Shown: positions 25,171 through 38,714, numbered from the whole stretch's first letter. The stretch: 63,799 bases of DNA, filler included, from Octopus bimaculoides (GCF_001194135.2; 6 parts of 5 records of this genome joined end to end with filler, not necessarily neighbours in it), one strand, 5' to 3'. Made by a program: numbers and translations. The notes: generated by a model from the letters alone, not told the origin.

Positions 25171-26599
25171 TTTTTCAATTCCCGAACGTTATACTAATAC
25201 ATCTATTTGTTATATACATATATATGCCTATACCGTAATGACAAAATTATTGAAAAACGAGCACAGCTGATGTCTCAATGTTTCAGTGTGTCCCTATGCA
25301 ATAATAGATTTATGCAGTAAAAAATATTTGACTGAATCGTCCAGTATGAGTTAATAATTCTGAAAAATTGTATATAACGTTGTGGCGTTATATACAATCT
25401 ATACGATCTAGGAATGTGACCTCCATCTGAAGCAACCACTTTGTGAAATGTTCGTTATATTATTTTGCAAATATGTAAACTTGAAACAGACAAACTTTAG
25501 AAAACGTCTTTAAAAATTGGATGACAGTATTTTAAAAATAAGTTTGACATTTCATTAATAGTTTAGTAGTATTTAAATTCGCAAATTTGCATTGTGTCTT
25601 CTTAGCAGCTGTTCAAATTATTTTGTAACTTGTGGTCAAAAGCTATTTAGGAGGATACAATAGTCAACAGAATATGAATACAGAACAAAATGTTTTCGTC
25701 TAAAATATAACGCTGCTTATTAATTTTTTTTTTATCTAAAGCAGCCTTGTGCATGATGGCATACATTTCACGTGTCAATGCTATAAATATTCAGTATATC
25801 AATCCTATGTTTATTTTATATAAAGCAAGGTATTAGTGGAACACATTAGGTTTACATAATGTAATTCTGCGCACACACAATTAAACATTACCAAGCAATG
25901 CCATGTTATGTTTTAATTTGTCACATGATATGCTATACATTTAATAACACCGAAATTTCTTCCAAAGAAAAGGGGTTCAGTTCTTCCCGAGCATCGGGCA
26001 GCTGAAACATTGTGAAATTATAACACCTTAAATGACGATCATGAAAGTACAAAAGCGAATGAACACATTTTCCCATTGTTTTTGTATATTTGGAAATGAT
26101 ATTTAAACACAAGTAATTTTTTCATAAACAAGAATATATTTTTCGTAAAGATATATATTAGATACTTACTTTTGTAAAATAAAGTTCATATTCACAAAAT
26201 GATATATTTTTTAGGAAGTTTGAGTCAGTGTCATATGATGTAAATTGCCCAAAATTATACATAATACTAAAAGTAGAACAATTTCACTGCTCGACGTTAT
26301 GATAGGCGTTGAAACTGAATGTTCTAATCTAATCTATATTCAATACATTTCAAGTTTTATTTACAGCAATTTTCTACCACAATTTGCTACCGCAATTTTC
26401 TCCACAGACGCAATGAAGAGACACTGCAGAAGAAATGAAAATCAATCCAGATATATACTGAAATAAAATAGAAAATTTGAAAACAAAAAGCGTTTCCTTC
26501 AGCATAAAGAGGACTAATAAATAATAAAATATGAGTAAGGCTAGAAAATTAATGTCATATGGTCTTTTCAATTTAAATGCAGAAGACAAAGCGTTTTGC

Positions 26600-27600
26600 A
26601 CTTTATGAACGTATATATAATGCTGAAGATATTGGTTAAACCTAACTAGAAACCATGGGATGAAAACCATTCAACGAACGCTTCATCGCAGCAAGATTAC
26701 ATGCAAACGTAATCATATACGAGTATGTACCAACAGAAGATGCATCAAGCATTGATATTGGTGTTTGAGCAGGTAGGTAACATTTTCATAAATAGCCACT
26801 TGCAGTATATTTAAAATTTTATCAGGTGACCTAAATGTACCCTTCAGCAAAAACAGTCAAAGTGCCGAGGGTGTAACTGGACCATTTGGCTGACAAAATG
26901 ATCAAACGACAACAGTGAGCGGATTGTACTTTTCTGTAGCATGAAGTACATCAGAATCGTAAACATACATCAAATATTAGACCATTACAGACAGAATTAT
27001 CAACAACGATATTGATTCTATGTGTCTCAGTCAGGGCTAGTGATCATCCGTGAAAGATTTTAAGGCACAGAGACGTGCAGACGTAGGGTCAGACTATCAC
27101 GTATTGCAAGCTGAAATAGGTGTATATTTAACTTTTGAAAACCGAGAAAACGAAGATCTACGCAATTGATAAGTTAAAAAACATACAAACGCCAAAGCAT
27201 TTGTAGACAACTCCAACAAAGATGGTCTAGCATCTCCAGAACATAGAACTGCATCCGGAGAAACATTTGATTTAATTTAAAGAAGTTGTGAAACAGACCG
27301 CCAATGAAATGATAGGATGGAGAGGCGGATTAGAGACAAAGCAGTGGACTCAAGACAAAAAAAATGGGATCTTATAGATAAAAGAGAAAAGCAAATGAAA
27401 ACATAAAACGTGGTGTAAAAATAGAAGAAAATTAAATGGAAATGTATAAGAATACCCATGTCTGGACTATGAGGTTAAACAGAGATGGCCTGACGACAGA
27501 AAAGCCTAGCTAGACTAAAATGCACAGAGGAAAAGAGGAGTTGTGATATAAGAACGCTATAGAATATAATTAAAAAGTTATATGGAGCAAAGTGCAGCTC
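26600..27600 (+). mobile_element. Ancient, internally deleted RTE-clade LINE remnant
   Basis: AP-endonuclease motifs in order: KPFNERFIAARL...YEYVPTEDA, GDLNV, NDIDSMCLS, RADVGSDYHVL; then a C-terminal KWKCI...RKRG-like block. Confidence 0.6.
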
Positions 27601-27650
27601 AAATACACCAGTGACGCATAATCAGAGAACTTTTTTCCTGACAACATAAC

Positions 27651-27694
<44 letters not shown>

Positions 27695-28087
27695 TACATA
27701 CACACACACACACATATATACCTACACACATACACACACACACNNNNNNNNNNNNNNNNNNNNNNNNNNNNNNNNNNNNNNNNNNNNNNNNNNNNNNNNN
27801 NNNNNNNNNNNNNNNNNNNNNNNNNNNNNNNNNNNNNNNATATATATATATATATATATATATAACAAATTATAGAGAAGAAAAACGGTATGCACGAGAA
27901 ACTTTATTGCTCACAATGATTCTACATCGAACTCACCTGGATAGAAAATTATACAACTAGTTGTGGTTCCACCCTCGGTGCAAAAGCGTCACACCAGATG
28001 ATGTAATAAGAAGTATTTCATGAATTGAACTCTGTTTCGGCAGGATTTAATAGACCAGGCTCTCATTAATCTTACGTTTAAGACGGG

Positions 28088-28130
<43 letters not shown>

Positions 28131-28241
28131 AAAGAGAGAGGATGAGTTAGATAAATTGATAAAGAGATAGATAGATATACAGACAGACAATCAGACACAT
28201 AGACAGACAGACAGACAGACAGGTAGATAGATAGATAGATT

Positions 28242-28299
<58 letters not shown>

Positions 28300-28319
28300 G
28301 GTTGTGGAAATGACGTAAT

Positions 28320-28465
28320 ATACAGATTCGGCAAACCGACCGATAACATACGCACCAGGCCTAAAAAAATTCCTGGGGTCGATTTGCTCAATTAAAAACA
28401 TTTCAAGGGGGTGCCCCATCATGACCGCAGTTACTTAACTGAAATAAGAGAAAAGATAAAAAGGA
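28320..28465 (+). mobile_element. 3' part of family B SINE
   Basis: TTCGGCAAACCGACCGATAA...CCTGGGGTCGATTTG...CATGACCGCAG...AAAGATAAAA matches 57900-58050. Confidence 0.7.
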
Positions 28466-31400
28466 TAATATACGCAACAGTCCTCAATAAAAAAAATCGG
28501 CCAATAGTCTGATAAAACCTTCAATAGTTAATAAATCAGTTACATAAACACCTGCATAAGAACATGCATATATTTTACAATAATTTAGGCAATATGAAAT
28601 TATTTGCAATCATTATTTTAGAAATATATTACATAACGAATTTAGTATTTCAACATGTATGACTGTAATTAATGTCTCAACATTGACGCAGAAAAATCGC
28701 ATTTACTGGAGAATTCAGAAAACACCTGTCGGTATCACACCAAACCGTGTATTTATGTTTTCCTATAGTAAGATGTATTGGCAATGTATTGTGTGTGCAG
28801 GATCAGGTGCAACAAACTCACTAAGCACAGCTTTAATAAGAATATTAATGTTATTTTAAGGTTAATAACGTTTTATGAATCGTTATGAAGTAAAATAAGA
28901 CCATTACATCCACAAGTAAAAGCAAAACAGTTTGAATTCGAACAGGTACTACATGTGGTAAAGTGGATATAGTGTTTACAGTTAATATTTTCTAATAAAG
29001 ATTAAGATACTTCATACTATATAAGATATATTATATGTATAAATTATCTGCCTATGAAAAAGCGCTTGATATCTCTCTGTAAAATGTAAATATTTCAAAT
29101 ATAAAATTATGAAACCAAACTACACTAAACATCAATATCATTTTATTGATTTATTTCCCAATGCTGAATCGTATGTAACTACTCAACCTTATTAATGACT
29201 CTATGGCCAGCAACATATATACATGTTCGTGCATGTTAACCTGTTTCAATAGGGGTCTGTCTTTAGATACGAATGTGTGTTAGCATATATTACATATGGA
29301 GTAAATTCCAAAAGGAACATCACGATTTGTTATTGATTATGTTCTATATATCTAAGTAAATTCATTTTTAACTGAAAACATCCAACGGAATACTTCATAC
29401 AAAATTTATTTGCAAACGAATTAAACACAAATTATACTTAGATCTTTTTACATTTTCCATATCGGAAACGTTTGCTTTCATTACATTCTCTTTATAAAAA
29501 AAACACCCTGAGAAATGTACACACATTCAAAAATATTCCGCATTATACATCCTTATGATTTAAATCTCTTGGTTAGTTAACTTTTTTTAGGAGAGGAGCA
29601 ATTATATTTAAATGACTTTTTGCGTGAGTTCGTAAACTAGATTGTTTTTATTTTTAAAAAAATAAGTGTTTGATTGTCATAATTGTATCATAGCACGTGC
29701 ATTCACTGCTCTGCGGTACATTTGCTTTAATGCACAGCTTTTTTTGTGCTCTGATACGAATAGTACCGTTTCAAAAGAATTCAATTCATGTGTATTTAGC
29801 TACGTAATCTGTAAAATGTTTTGTTAAAAAATCACTTTACAAGTTTTGGAAGTGAACAGGTGTTTGTTTCAGCTGTTTAAATCATGTAAAAAAAACTATG
29901 GCTTATATATATTAACAATATTGCTTTCATTAATAATTTCAAATTGAGACGTTTAATATTTCCCCGCCTTAAGTTATGAAATTAATGTAACCTGTCAAAA
30001 TAATAACGTTATTTGTTAACAGTCTCCTTACTTCCATTGTTATTTCTTAATATGTTACGTAGTCTACAATAACAATATATTTTCAAAGCCATAAGTAGCT
30101 TATGCAAAAAAATATTCTCCAAATATCTGCTGCAAATGTATAGATAATAGCAAAAATGTATATTTGCCTGTAATGTCAAGAAGTATCTAACTTGTTACCA
30201 TCAATACATTTATGCCAAAGTTCGAGATACATTGCAGAAGATGTGAGACCATCTTAGGAGAGGCAGTTGTAACTGCAATCAATTATTGTAGTTTTAGGAT
30301 ATGAGTTCTATACATCTAACAAAGAGACGTGTCAAACAATTCTATTTCATATTGAAGGAGACAGCAGTAAAAGCATTTTGAACACCCCCGGTAAACACTA
30401 AAAAAATCTAAACAATCTTATGAAACGCTCCGTGCCGTTTATGAGTCGTGCTTCTTTTTCTCGCTTCGACATGTGATTCAAATATTTCCTAATATATTGG
30501 AGAGGGAGTAATTAACCAAAGTAGGTAATTTTCCCTAGGACGTAGATGTCGTCGGGGGAATTGTCCTATAGTGGTGGGGTGGGGGTAATTATCCTAATAC
30601 GGAACTAGGCGGTATTTAAAATCTGATCAGAAAAGAAACTTAGCGTAAGGCATTATCTTAGACGATCTTGTGAATCTAACACTCTAACATCAGTTAATTG
30701 CATTATAGTTGGCAAAATAATCATTCAAATTCTCATTCAAATGAAACCCAACTGATGTGAATAGTACTCATAGTAATATAAATGATGGTACATCGTCAAT
30801 GTCTTATTTTATTGTTGAAATATTCGGGTTTCATACAATAAGGATTTGGATATCAATTCTTGTTGGATAGGTTGAAAACAATTTATAATATTCGTATCTA
30901 ACATTATTAATATCATGACTGTTACGTATAAAATATAACCCACTATAATTCAAGCAGAAGTAAACACTCAGGCACACACACATGTAATCATATGCTTGCG
31001 TATACACACACATAGAAACACACATGCACAGACAAACATGCAAACATAGACACGGTCACCCATTATTGGCAACCATTTAAGCATTCGTTTGTAGAGATTC
31101 TTGAGGGTTATTTTTATGAAGTGTTGAGTTGCGTTTGTTGTGTTTTAGCCCTTATTTCTCAAACAACTTTTCTCTGTTTCTCATTATCTATCGAGAACAT
31201 TTTGCAAACTGTATTTACTATCGTTAATTAGGCTGTATTTATTTAATGGAAATTTGCGGTTAAGTGAAGCAAGTGGGTTGACCGCCTACACAGAAATACT
31301 TGTGCTCATCCATAAGTATGTTTGCCAACAATGGACAGCTAATTTAGCTTCTACCTATTTGTTTCATTGTGCAATATCAGAACACGAAAAATGCCACGTA

Positions 31401-32675
31401 ATCTCATTTGGCATTACGTTGTTTAGAAGAGGTATCCGATATAGAAGCAATTCTTTTTAATCTTTAATCATATAAAGTGTGTTGATGGATCTATTATATG
31501 AATTTGAATGTATTTACTCTCTTCATAAAGTTGAGGAGATTGTAGCACGCGAAGTGTGTAGATAGATAAAGGTGTGTGATACGTATTGAAATTTCCATGC
31601 AGATGATTATATTTGTGTGCGGTCATCTTGAAGTATACCGCTATTAGGTTATGCACGATCAAGAGGCTGAGAGGATCGAGATGATGAGGAGGCAGGTAAT
31701 AGTTTTGGTGATTATGATAATCAGCATAGCGACGACGACATGCTGACATGGCGATATTAAGTCAATGAAAATGAGGATGATTATAATGTAGTTGAGTTCT
31801 GGTGGTAAGGAAGACGAAAACGGAGGACTGAATGAATGTGAGGAGAAGGAGTGAATGTAAATGTGAATCCCGAAAGAATAACTATGATAGAATTATATTG
31901 GATGGAAATAAGTAGTCGAAGGAGTTAAAGGATAGTTATTTTTTTTTTAAATGTAGTACAATAGATGAAAAGTAATGATGGCAATAAGGAAGAGGGTGAT
32001 TTCGGGGGTTATTTTCAGTATAGAGAGAAACAATATACCCGAAATATATGCCGTCTCCATTTCACTGTCATAGTACTGTAATACTGTATGTTGTTAACAA
32101 TAGTGTCATTGAAAGCTACATTGAGAGAGGCAGTGAATTGGAAAAGAGATGCAGCTAGCATGTTTGACAGCTTGACGATCAATAGAGAAGAAAATCCATC
32201 CTGTTATATGATCGGAAATCGAACATATTTCAACATCAGTGCGCAGTTAAGATGATTCGTGTAACGGAAGATGAGCATTTGTTTTGTTGATTTATTGGTA
32301 TATTTTTATCTTTTTATTTTCGATTCGATTTTACTTTCTTTTATGTTCATATGAATTTTAATTTAGTACGTGGATATACATGTGCATATTGTTATATTAA
32401 AACACTAGCAACTTTCTTCTTGTGAAGTTTGATTTTAGATTGAAGTTACTAATAATCTATTCTGAAGCCTGTGAATTTGAATTGAAGATTCAGATTATAA
32501 ACCGCATAGTTGGCTTTCCATTGCACTTATCTACTCAGAAGTAAAGAATGACATGTACATTGCTGTAGTCACTATGTGAAGTAGAGCAGAGTATGTCTGC
32601 ACATTAAGTGAGTCAAGCATGGGAAGAAAATTTTCATAGGTGATACCAAATATATATCACTACATAGGGATAAAT

Positions 32676-32724
<49 letters not shown>

Positions 32725-33408
32725 NNNNNNNNNNNNNNNNNNNNNNNNNNNNNNNNNNNNNNNNNNNNNNNNNNNNNNNNNNNNNNNNNNNNNNNNNNNN
32801 NNNNNNNNNNNNNNNNNNNNNNNNNNNNNNNNNNNNNNNNNNNNNNNNNNNNNNNNNNNNNNNNNNNNNNNNNNNNNNNNNNNNNNNNNNNNNNNNNNNN
32901 NNNNNNNNNNNNNNNNNNNNNNNNNNNNNNNNNNNNNNNNNNNNNNNNNNNNNNNNNNNNNNNNNNNNNNNNNNNNNNNNNNNNNNNNNNNNNNNNNNNN
33001 NNNNNNNNNNNNNNNNNNNNNNNNNNNNNNNNNNNNNNNNNNNNNNNNNNNNNNNNNNNNNNNNNNNNNNNNNNNNNNNNNNNNNNNNNNNNNNNNNNNN
33101 NNNNNNNNNNNNNNNNNNNNNNNNNNNNNATATATATATATATATATATATACGTAAAATATAGGGTAGCGAGTGTTGTTAGGAATTTCACTACCACTGG
33201 TCTAGCATGTATAAACTGTCAATAGACAACAGATTCTCGGAAATTGCGTTTGCGCGGTGAATTTGAAAAATTATAATGTATAACGATGAGAGGTGTGTTA
33301 TTCGTCTCTTAATTATATGCTAATGTTTTGGCGTGGTCACTGATGAGAAATTCGCCAAGCAAATTAGGTCTGCCTGGAATACAATAATTATTTCAAGAGA
33401 GCTAGAAT

Positions 33409-33998
33409 GAAAACAATCTGTCTCCAGCATGCTTGAAGTGCCGATACCTTTAAAAAACAACCAAAACCCGCAGCGGAATATACACATGGCTGAAAGGGGT
33501 CTAGTGAGAGAAAATTAAAAAGACCTTACATTAATTGTGAATTGGTTCCAATTTTTGGATAAAAGGAAAAATAGGCCTTCGTCCTGCGTCGACACAATAC
33601 CCGCTGGTAAATATAAGTCCAAATAATTGTACTTACCGTCCAAAGCAAGTTCACACGTCTACATTAAAATATTTGCAAGTATCGATCGAAGGAATAGTTA
33701 AGCAATAAATGCTGTTCCGGTATCGTAGTCGTGTGAACTTGCAATGTAGACGTGTAAAGTTGCTTTCGGTGGCGTGTAAAGTTGTTTGATCTTACATTTT
33801 CCCCGTGTAATATGTTGACGAAGGAACAATGCTTATTTTTGATTTAATCCAGAAATTGGAATCAATTCACAATTAACGTGAGGTCTCTTGGATTGTCTCT
33901 CACAGCCCGCTCTCAGCCATGCGTATATTTAGCTGGGTTTTTTGTTAGATTGTTTGAAGGTATTGGCAATCCAAGCATGCTGGAGACAGGTAGTTTTC
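33409..33998. mobile_element. ~590-bp foldback element with long imperfect inverted arms
   Basis: GAAAACAATCTGTCTCCAGCATGCTTG...ATACCTT against AAGGTATT...CAAGCATGCTGGAGACAGGTAGTTTTC; arm similarity extends about 170 bp inward; no clear TSD. Confidence 0.75.
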
Positions 33999-34128
33999 GC
34001 CCTATCTACCTCTATATAATTATATACATAGGTACACTATTATTAATTTGATGGATTAATTGCCTGTAAATGTTTATAGCATGCTAACTACTTGATAAAA
34101 ATTATTAACGTGATTTTATCCTTAAATT

Positions 34129-34168
<40 letters not shown>

Positions 34169-34179
34169 GTATTGAAAAC

Positions 34180-34437
34180 GCGTAGCCTAGTGATTATATC
34201 GTTGCAGTCACGATCGCTGGATCATGTGTTCGATTCTTTGATTGGGTGGTGCGTTGTGTTCTTGACCTAAACACTTCATTTCACGTTGCTCCACTCCCCT
34301 TTTCGGTCGTGGAGGAATGTTGGCCAGCTACCCTAGGCAGAGGGATGGTATCATTTGAAGGGTAATACAGCGCAAATGTGCATTGTGACGCGTGATGTGT
34401 AACACTGTCTGAGACAATGGTCGGTCACGTGATCACG

Positions 34438-34440
<3 letters not shown>
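34180..34440 (+). mobile_element. Decayed tRNA-derived SINE (family C)
   Basis: GTAGCCTAGTG...GTGTTCGATTC...GTTGTGTTCTTGACCTAAACACTTCATTTCACGTTGCTCC. Confidence 0.65.
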
Positions 34441-34477
<37 letters not shown>

Positions 34478-34751
34478 NNNNNNNNNNNNNNNNNNNNNNN
34501 NNNNNNNNNNNNNNNNNNNNNNNNNNNNNNNNNNNNNNNNNNNNNNNNNNNNNNNNNNNNNNNNNNNNNNNNNNNNNNNNNNNNNNNNNNNNNNNNNNNN
34601 NNNNNNNNNNNNNNNNNNNNNNNNNNNNNNNNNNNNNNNNNNNNNNNNNNNNNNNNNNNNNNNNNNNNNNNNNNNNNNNNNNNNNNNNNNNNNNNNNNNN
34701 NNNNNNNNNNNNNNNNNNNNNNNNNNNNNNNNNNNNNNNNNNNNTATATAT

Positions 34752-34784
<33 letters not shown>

Positions 34785-35121
34785 GAATCACTCAATAGTG
34801 AATGTATAATTATCATAGTTTGAACAGTTAATAAGTGCTCAGACAATACATTCAAATAGAGAGAAATTTGTGAAAATGTCCACACTAACTTGGGATTTTT
34901 GCACATTATGTACTTTTTGTGCATATACATTTTGCCTTTTTAACACACATTTCAAACGCTTCAAACACTTGAATATACACACGCACACACTTACATATAA
35001 ACACATGTATACATATATATGAGTATATATATCTACATATATATACGCACACGTATATATATATATGTATATGTATGTACACAGATTCACACGCACACAT
35101 ACACACGAACACACATACACA

Positions 35122-35159
<38 letters not shown>

Positions 35160-36249
35160 TATATATATATATATATATATTATACAGCGAGAAAGGTTGA
35201 GATGTGTGAAAATAATAGATAGAGAGAGAGCAGGGAGGGAATAAGATGCATGAGTATAGAAATACATAGATATACATACATCAATATTTATGTATTAATA
35301 ACGTGTATTATACATTTATGTTGCCTCCAAAATATTCACTTGTGTATTTATTATGAAGAAACAACTTTTCTGAAAGTGGGAAAATGTCTTTGAATGCAGC
35401 AACGATATAACCTTCGGCAACGTGATTCATAGCACGGTGCATTTTATCTGGATGTCTGATTACATTATCATACACCAATTACAATTTTCTATTAACTACA
35501 CGGCAAAGATATCCATAGAATATTGGGGATATTGGCAAAATATCTGGCATAAAGAGCAAAGGAGCTTGCGTTGGCATCGCACTTATTATGCTTTGCAATC
35601 AACCCTCAAAGCATAACAAGTGGAAGTAATACAATAGAATGAGTGCACTTGGAATTCTTTTCATCTAATAAGAGAAAACATGCAACTCCTTTCATCGTGT
35701 AAGATGTCTATTGGTGTATCTACGCCGTCGATTGTTCTTCTGTTATAACTATTACCACAACACTCTCTAGGCTTAGGTATAACTACACCTTTGTAGTGGA
35801 GATAGCCTGAGCGTCATTGAATACTTATATCCACGTATTATATGTATGTGTATATGTGAGTGTGTCAGTGGGGGAAACTGCGAAAGAAAGTGTGAGGGTT
35901 TCAGTGTTCGCATCTGTATGGTGGTGTATGAATGTTTCGATGTTTCGCCGATATCTATCGGGGAATGCTCTAAATATCATAAAAACGCGTTTGCATTTTT
36001 CATTCAATATAGTTGACAGTCATTCTGCTCTAAAACATTCCGTTAATTAATATGCTATTGTGAGCAGTAATATGCATGTATTTTAAAATTTGTATCGACT
36101 TCTAAATTACGAGTTGTTCTATACATCTAATACTTCACATCAGGGCAGAACGATTGTCATGTATTCCCCTCTCACACATTTCCCATCGTCTTCTTACTCT
36201 GGTGGTGGCGTTGTATCCTCCACGTATTTTTAGTTAAGCTTTTTTTTTT

Positions 36250-36680
36250 TTTTTTTTGATATCATTGTTTCAGAAGCATTATATGTGACGGTGCATCACT
36301 TTCTTTGTTTTTGAATCCTATCGAAGCTACGGTTTGTTTTAGTAGTTCTATTTTCTCTGTACTGAAAGTGATTTGGGTAACATGCCTGCGGTGGATAATT
36401 TTTTCTTCTATGCTATATATATTCTCAAGACCTGGTGCTTTGGTTATGTAGTTTTCTATATGTTTTTTTTTTTATTCATACCTAATGTACCTTATTATTA
36501 AAGGGATTGTTACAGTTTTTAACTTCCCTATTTGTTTCATTTATTTTAGTCATACGTTGTCATTTGTTGGAATCGATACGTCAATTAGAGTGCATGCCTT
36601 CTTTACTCTACCTGAGTGTATTGGCTTATCCCAGAGTATGGTTGTTTCGTCATTTTCTCAAACATTTTCTGTGTTGTTGT
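36250..36680 (-). mobile_element. Decayed R4/Dong-like 3' region
   Basis: Minus strand ENDETTILWDKPIH...CTLIDVSIP...TVTIPLII; similar to the 2575-2870 remnant. Confidence 0.6.
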
Positions 36681-36688
36681 TGTTATTA

Positions 36689-36751
<63 letters not shown>

Positions 36752-36925
36752 GTTTATGTTGACTTTTGTTTTGCATTTGTACAAGTTGGATCCAAGTCTC
36801 ACCCAGAGACCTCAAGAGACAACAAGTTAGAAGTTCATGTAGGTGTTATGCCTAGGGTACCATATATTTGGATTTGTACAGTTTTGTTCAGGTGAATGTT
36901 TAAGAAACCATAAGAAAATTATGTG
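36752..36925 (-). mobile_element. 3' end of a non-LTR element with (AAT)n tail
   Basis: Non-repetitive segment that ends on the minus strand directly in the (TTA)n tract 36680-36751. Confidence 0.4.
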
Positions 36926-37027
36926 TTNNNNNNNNNNNNNNNNNNNNNNNNNNNNNNNNNNNNNNNNNNNNTTAATTAATTAANNNNNNNNNNNNNNNNN
37001 NNNNNNNNNNNNNNNNNNNNNNNNNNN

Positions 37028-37060
<33 letters not shown>

Positions 37061-37090
37061 GTATGTATATTCTATCCTATCTTTGTACAG

Positions 37091-37306
37091 AGTTGGAGTT
37101 TTCAGTTAGCAAAAGAAGCTGACCAATGGGCCCATAAATGTGTGTTTGAACATGCAATGATAGCCCGTGGTCAGAATCTTGGTCTTATCGGTGATCCAGG
37201 TTCGATAAAGTACAACATCCAGCACATAATGCAGCTCTGGGTTGATGAAAAGAAGAAGTATGATCCTAGGAAGAAAGGTTGCAACAACAGTTGTCATTAT
37301 ACTCAG
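37091..37306 (+). CDS. Internal coding exon of a CAP/SCP-domain (CRISP/PR-1/antigen-5 superfamily) gene
   Basis: Acceptor TTCTATCCTATCTTTGTACAG|, donor |GTAAGG, 216 nt, phase 0-0, stop-free: SWSFQLAKEADQWAHKCVFEHAMIARGQNLGLIGDPGSIKYNIQHIMQLWVDEKKKYDPRKKGCNNSCHYTQ. Matches CAP motifs W..LA..A..WA..C.F.H, G[EQ]NL, W.DE...YD and C.HYTQ. Confidence 0.9.
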
Positions 37307-37322
37307 GTAAGGGCTATAGCTT

Positions 37323-37548
37323 TATAATTTTGGCAGAACGACAGAAAATTGGTTGTGGGGAATGGGTTGGTCAATAACATCGATCCCAGTATTTGACTGG
37401 TACTTATTTTATCAATACCCCCTCCAACAAAAAAAGATAAAAAATGAAGTTGACCTTCACAAAATTTGGATTCAGAATGTAATGCCAGGAGAAATGCCGG
37501 TAAACATTTTTTCTGGTGCGCTAACAATTCTGTGAGCTCACCGCTTTA
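37323..37548 (-). mobile_element. Family A SINE just downstream of the CAP exon donor
   Basis: CGATCCCAGTATTTGACTGGTACTTATTTTATC...GCTAACAATTCTGTGAGCTCACCGC. Confidence 0.8.
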
Positions 37549-37559
37549 ATAATAATAAT

Positions 37560-38340
37560 AAGGCTCAGCGAGGGTGACCTAAAAAATAAGACTGAAAGCC
37601 TAATCATCGCTGCCCAGGATCAGGCATTGAATACCAACTCAGTGGAAAGGAATATATACCACTCAAGTGGATCGGACCTCTGCAGAATGTGTGGGAAGAA
37701 GGTTGAAAGTGTGACTAACATTGTTAGTGCTTGTGAAAGTCTTGCATAGAAAGAGTAAAAGCACAGACACGATAAGGTAGCCCAAAACCTCCACTGGCTA
37801 CTATGCTAGAAGTATGGATATGAGATAATGGGTGCACTGGAAAAGGTATTGGATGAAAGGGGAAGGCAAGAATCTTCTGTGACTTTGTCTTCCAGACACA
37901 CAAGGTGTTAGAGCATCGAAGGCTGGATATAGTAACCTTTAGGTGGGACAAACAAGAGGTCCTAATAATCGATGGGGCAGTGCCAGGAGATCAACATATT
38001 ATCATGCAAAAAACAGAAAAGATTGATAAATATGAAGACTTGAGAATTGAGATTGCAAAGATGTGGCAGCTATGAGAGTCAAACATAAAGGTCGTCCCTG
38101 TTGTCATTGGAGCATTGGGTTCAATACCACCAAACCTGAAAAAACATATGGAAACTTAGGAAATACCCTACAATTAGGTGTATAGCAAAAATCAGCATTA
38201 CTTGGAACTGCATGCATATTGCATAAAGTACTGTCTGTCTGAGGTCCTTGTTGTGACTTGACAGACAGTACAAACCCCCAGTAAACACAATATCTTCAAA
38301 CAACATCATGGTATTGGATACTGTGCAACAGCATAACTAA
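37560..38340 (+). mobile_element. 5'-truncated R4/Dong-like element
   Basis: LIIAAQDQALNT...CRMCGKKVESVTNIVSAC...HRRLDI...IIDGAVPG...SALLGTA; starts and ends at AAT repeats; same family as 4805-5335. Confidence 0.88.
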
Positions 38341-38361
38341 TAATTATAATGATAATAATAA

Positions 38362-38575
38362 TCCTTTCTACTAATAGCACAAAGTCTGAAATAGGGTGGG
38401 AGAGGACTAGTCAATTACATGAACCCCAGTGTTCCACTGGTATTTAATTTATCGACTCTGAAAGGATGAAAGGCTAAGTTGATCTCGGCAGAATTTCTGC
38501 TAAGACATAAAGATGGACGAAATGCCGCTAAGTTTTTGCCCAGCATGCTAACAATTCTGCCAGCTCACCACTTAA
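38362..38575 (-). mobile_element. Family A SINE
   Basis: ATCGACTCTGAAAGGATGAAAGG...GCTAACAATTCTGCCAGCTCACC. Confidence 0.85.
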
Positions 38576-38706
38576 TATGAGATCACCTTGTTGCACACAT
38601 ATGCTTAGTGTATCTTTATCAGATGGGTAGTCATAATGGATATACTGGATTTTGTATATTTATAACCCAGTGTCACTTTGATGGCATGCACTGCTCTCTC
38701 ACTCAA
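38576..38706 (+). mobile_element. Short LINE-tail-like repeat with (AAT) end
   Basis: ATGAGATCACC...CAGATGGGTAGTCATAATGG...CCCAGTGTCACTTTGATGGCATGCACTGCTCTCTCACTCAATAAT; inverted copy at 47118-47250. Confidence 0.7.
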
Positions 38707-38714
38707 TAATAATA

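Noticed and set aside
25367-25411. 13-bp hairpin followed by CTAG, resembling a Helitron 3' end
   Set aside because: The stem is AT-rich, the base after CTAG is not T, and no 5' TC end or second copy was seen.
31480-32280. Acidic, possibly transposase-like (MULE/FLYWCH) relic
   Set aside because: No diagnostic motif recoverable by eye and too many stops; a similar weak case is at 35300-35620.
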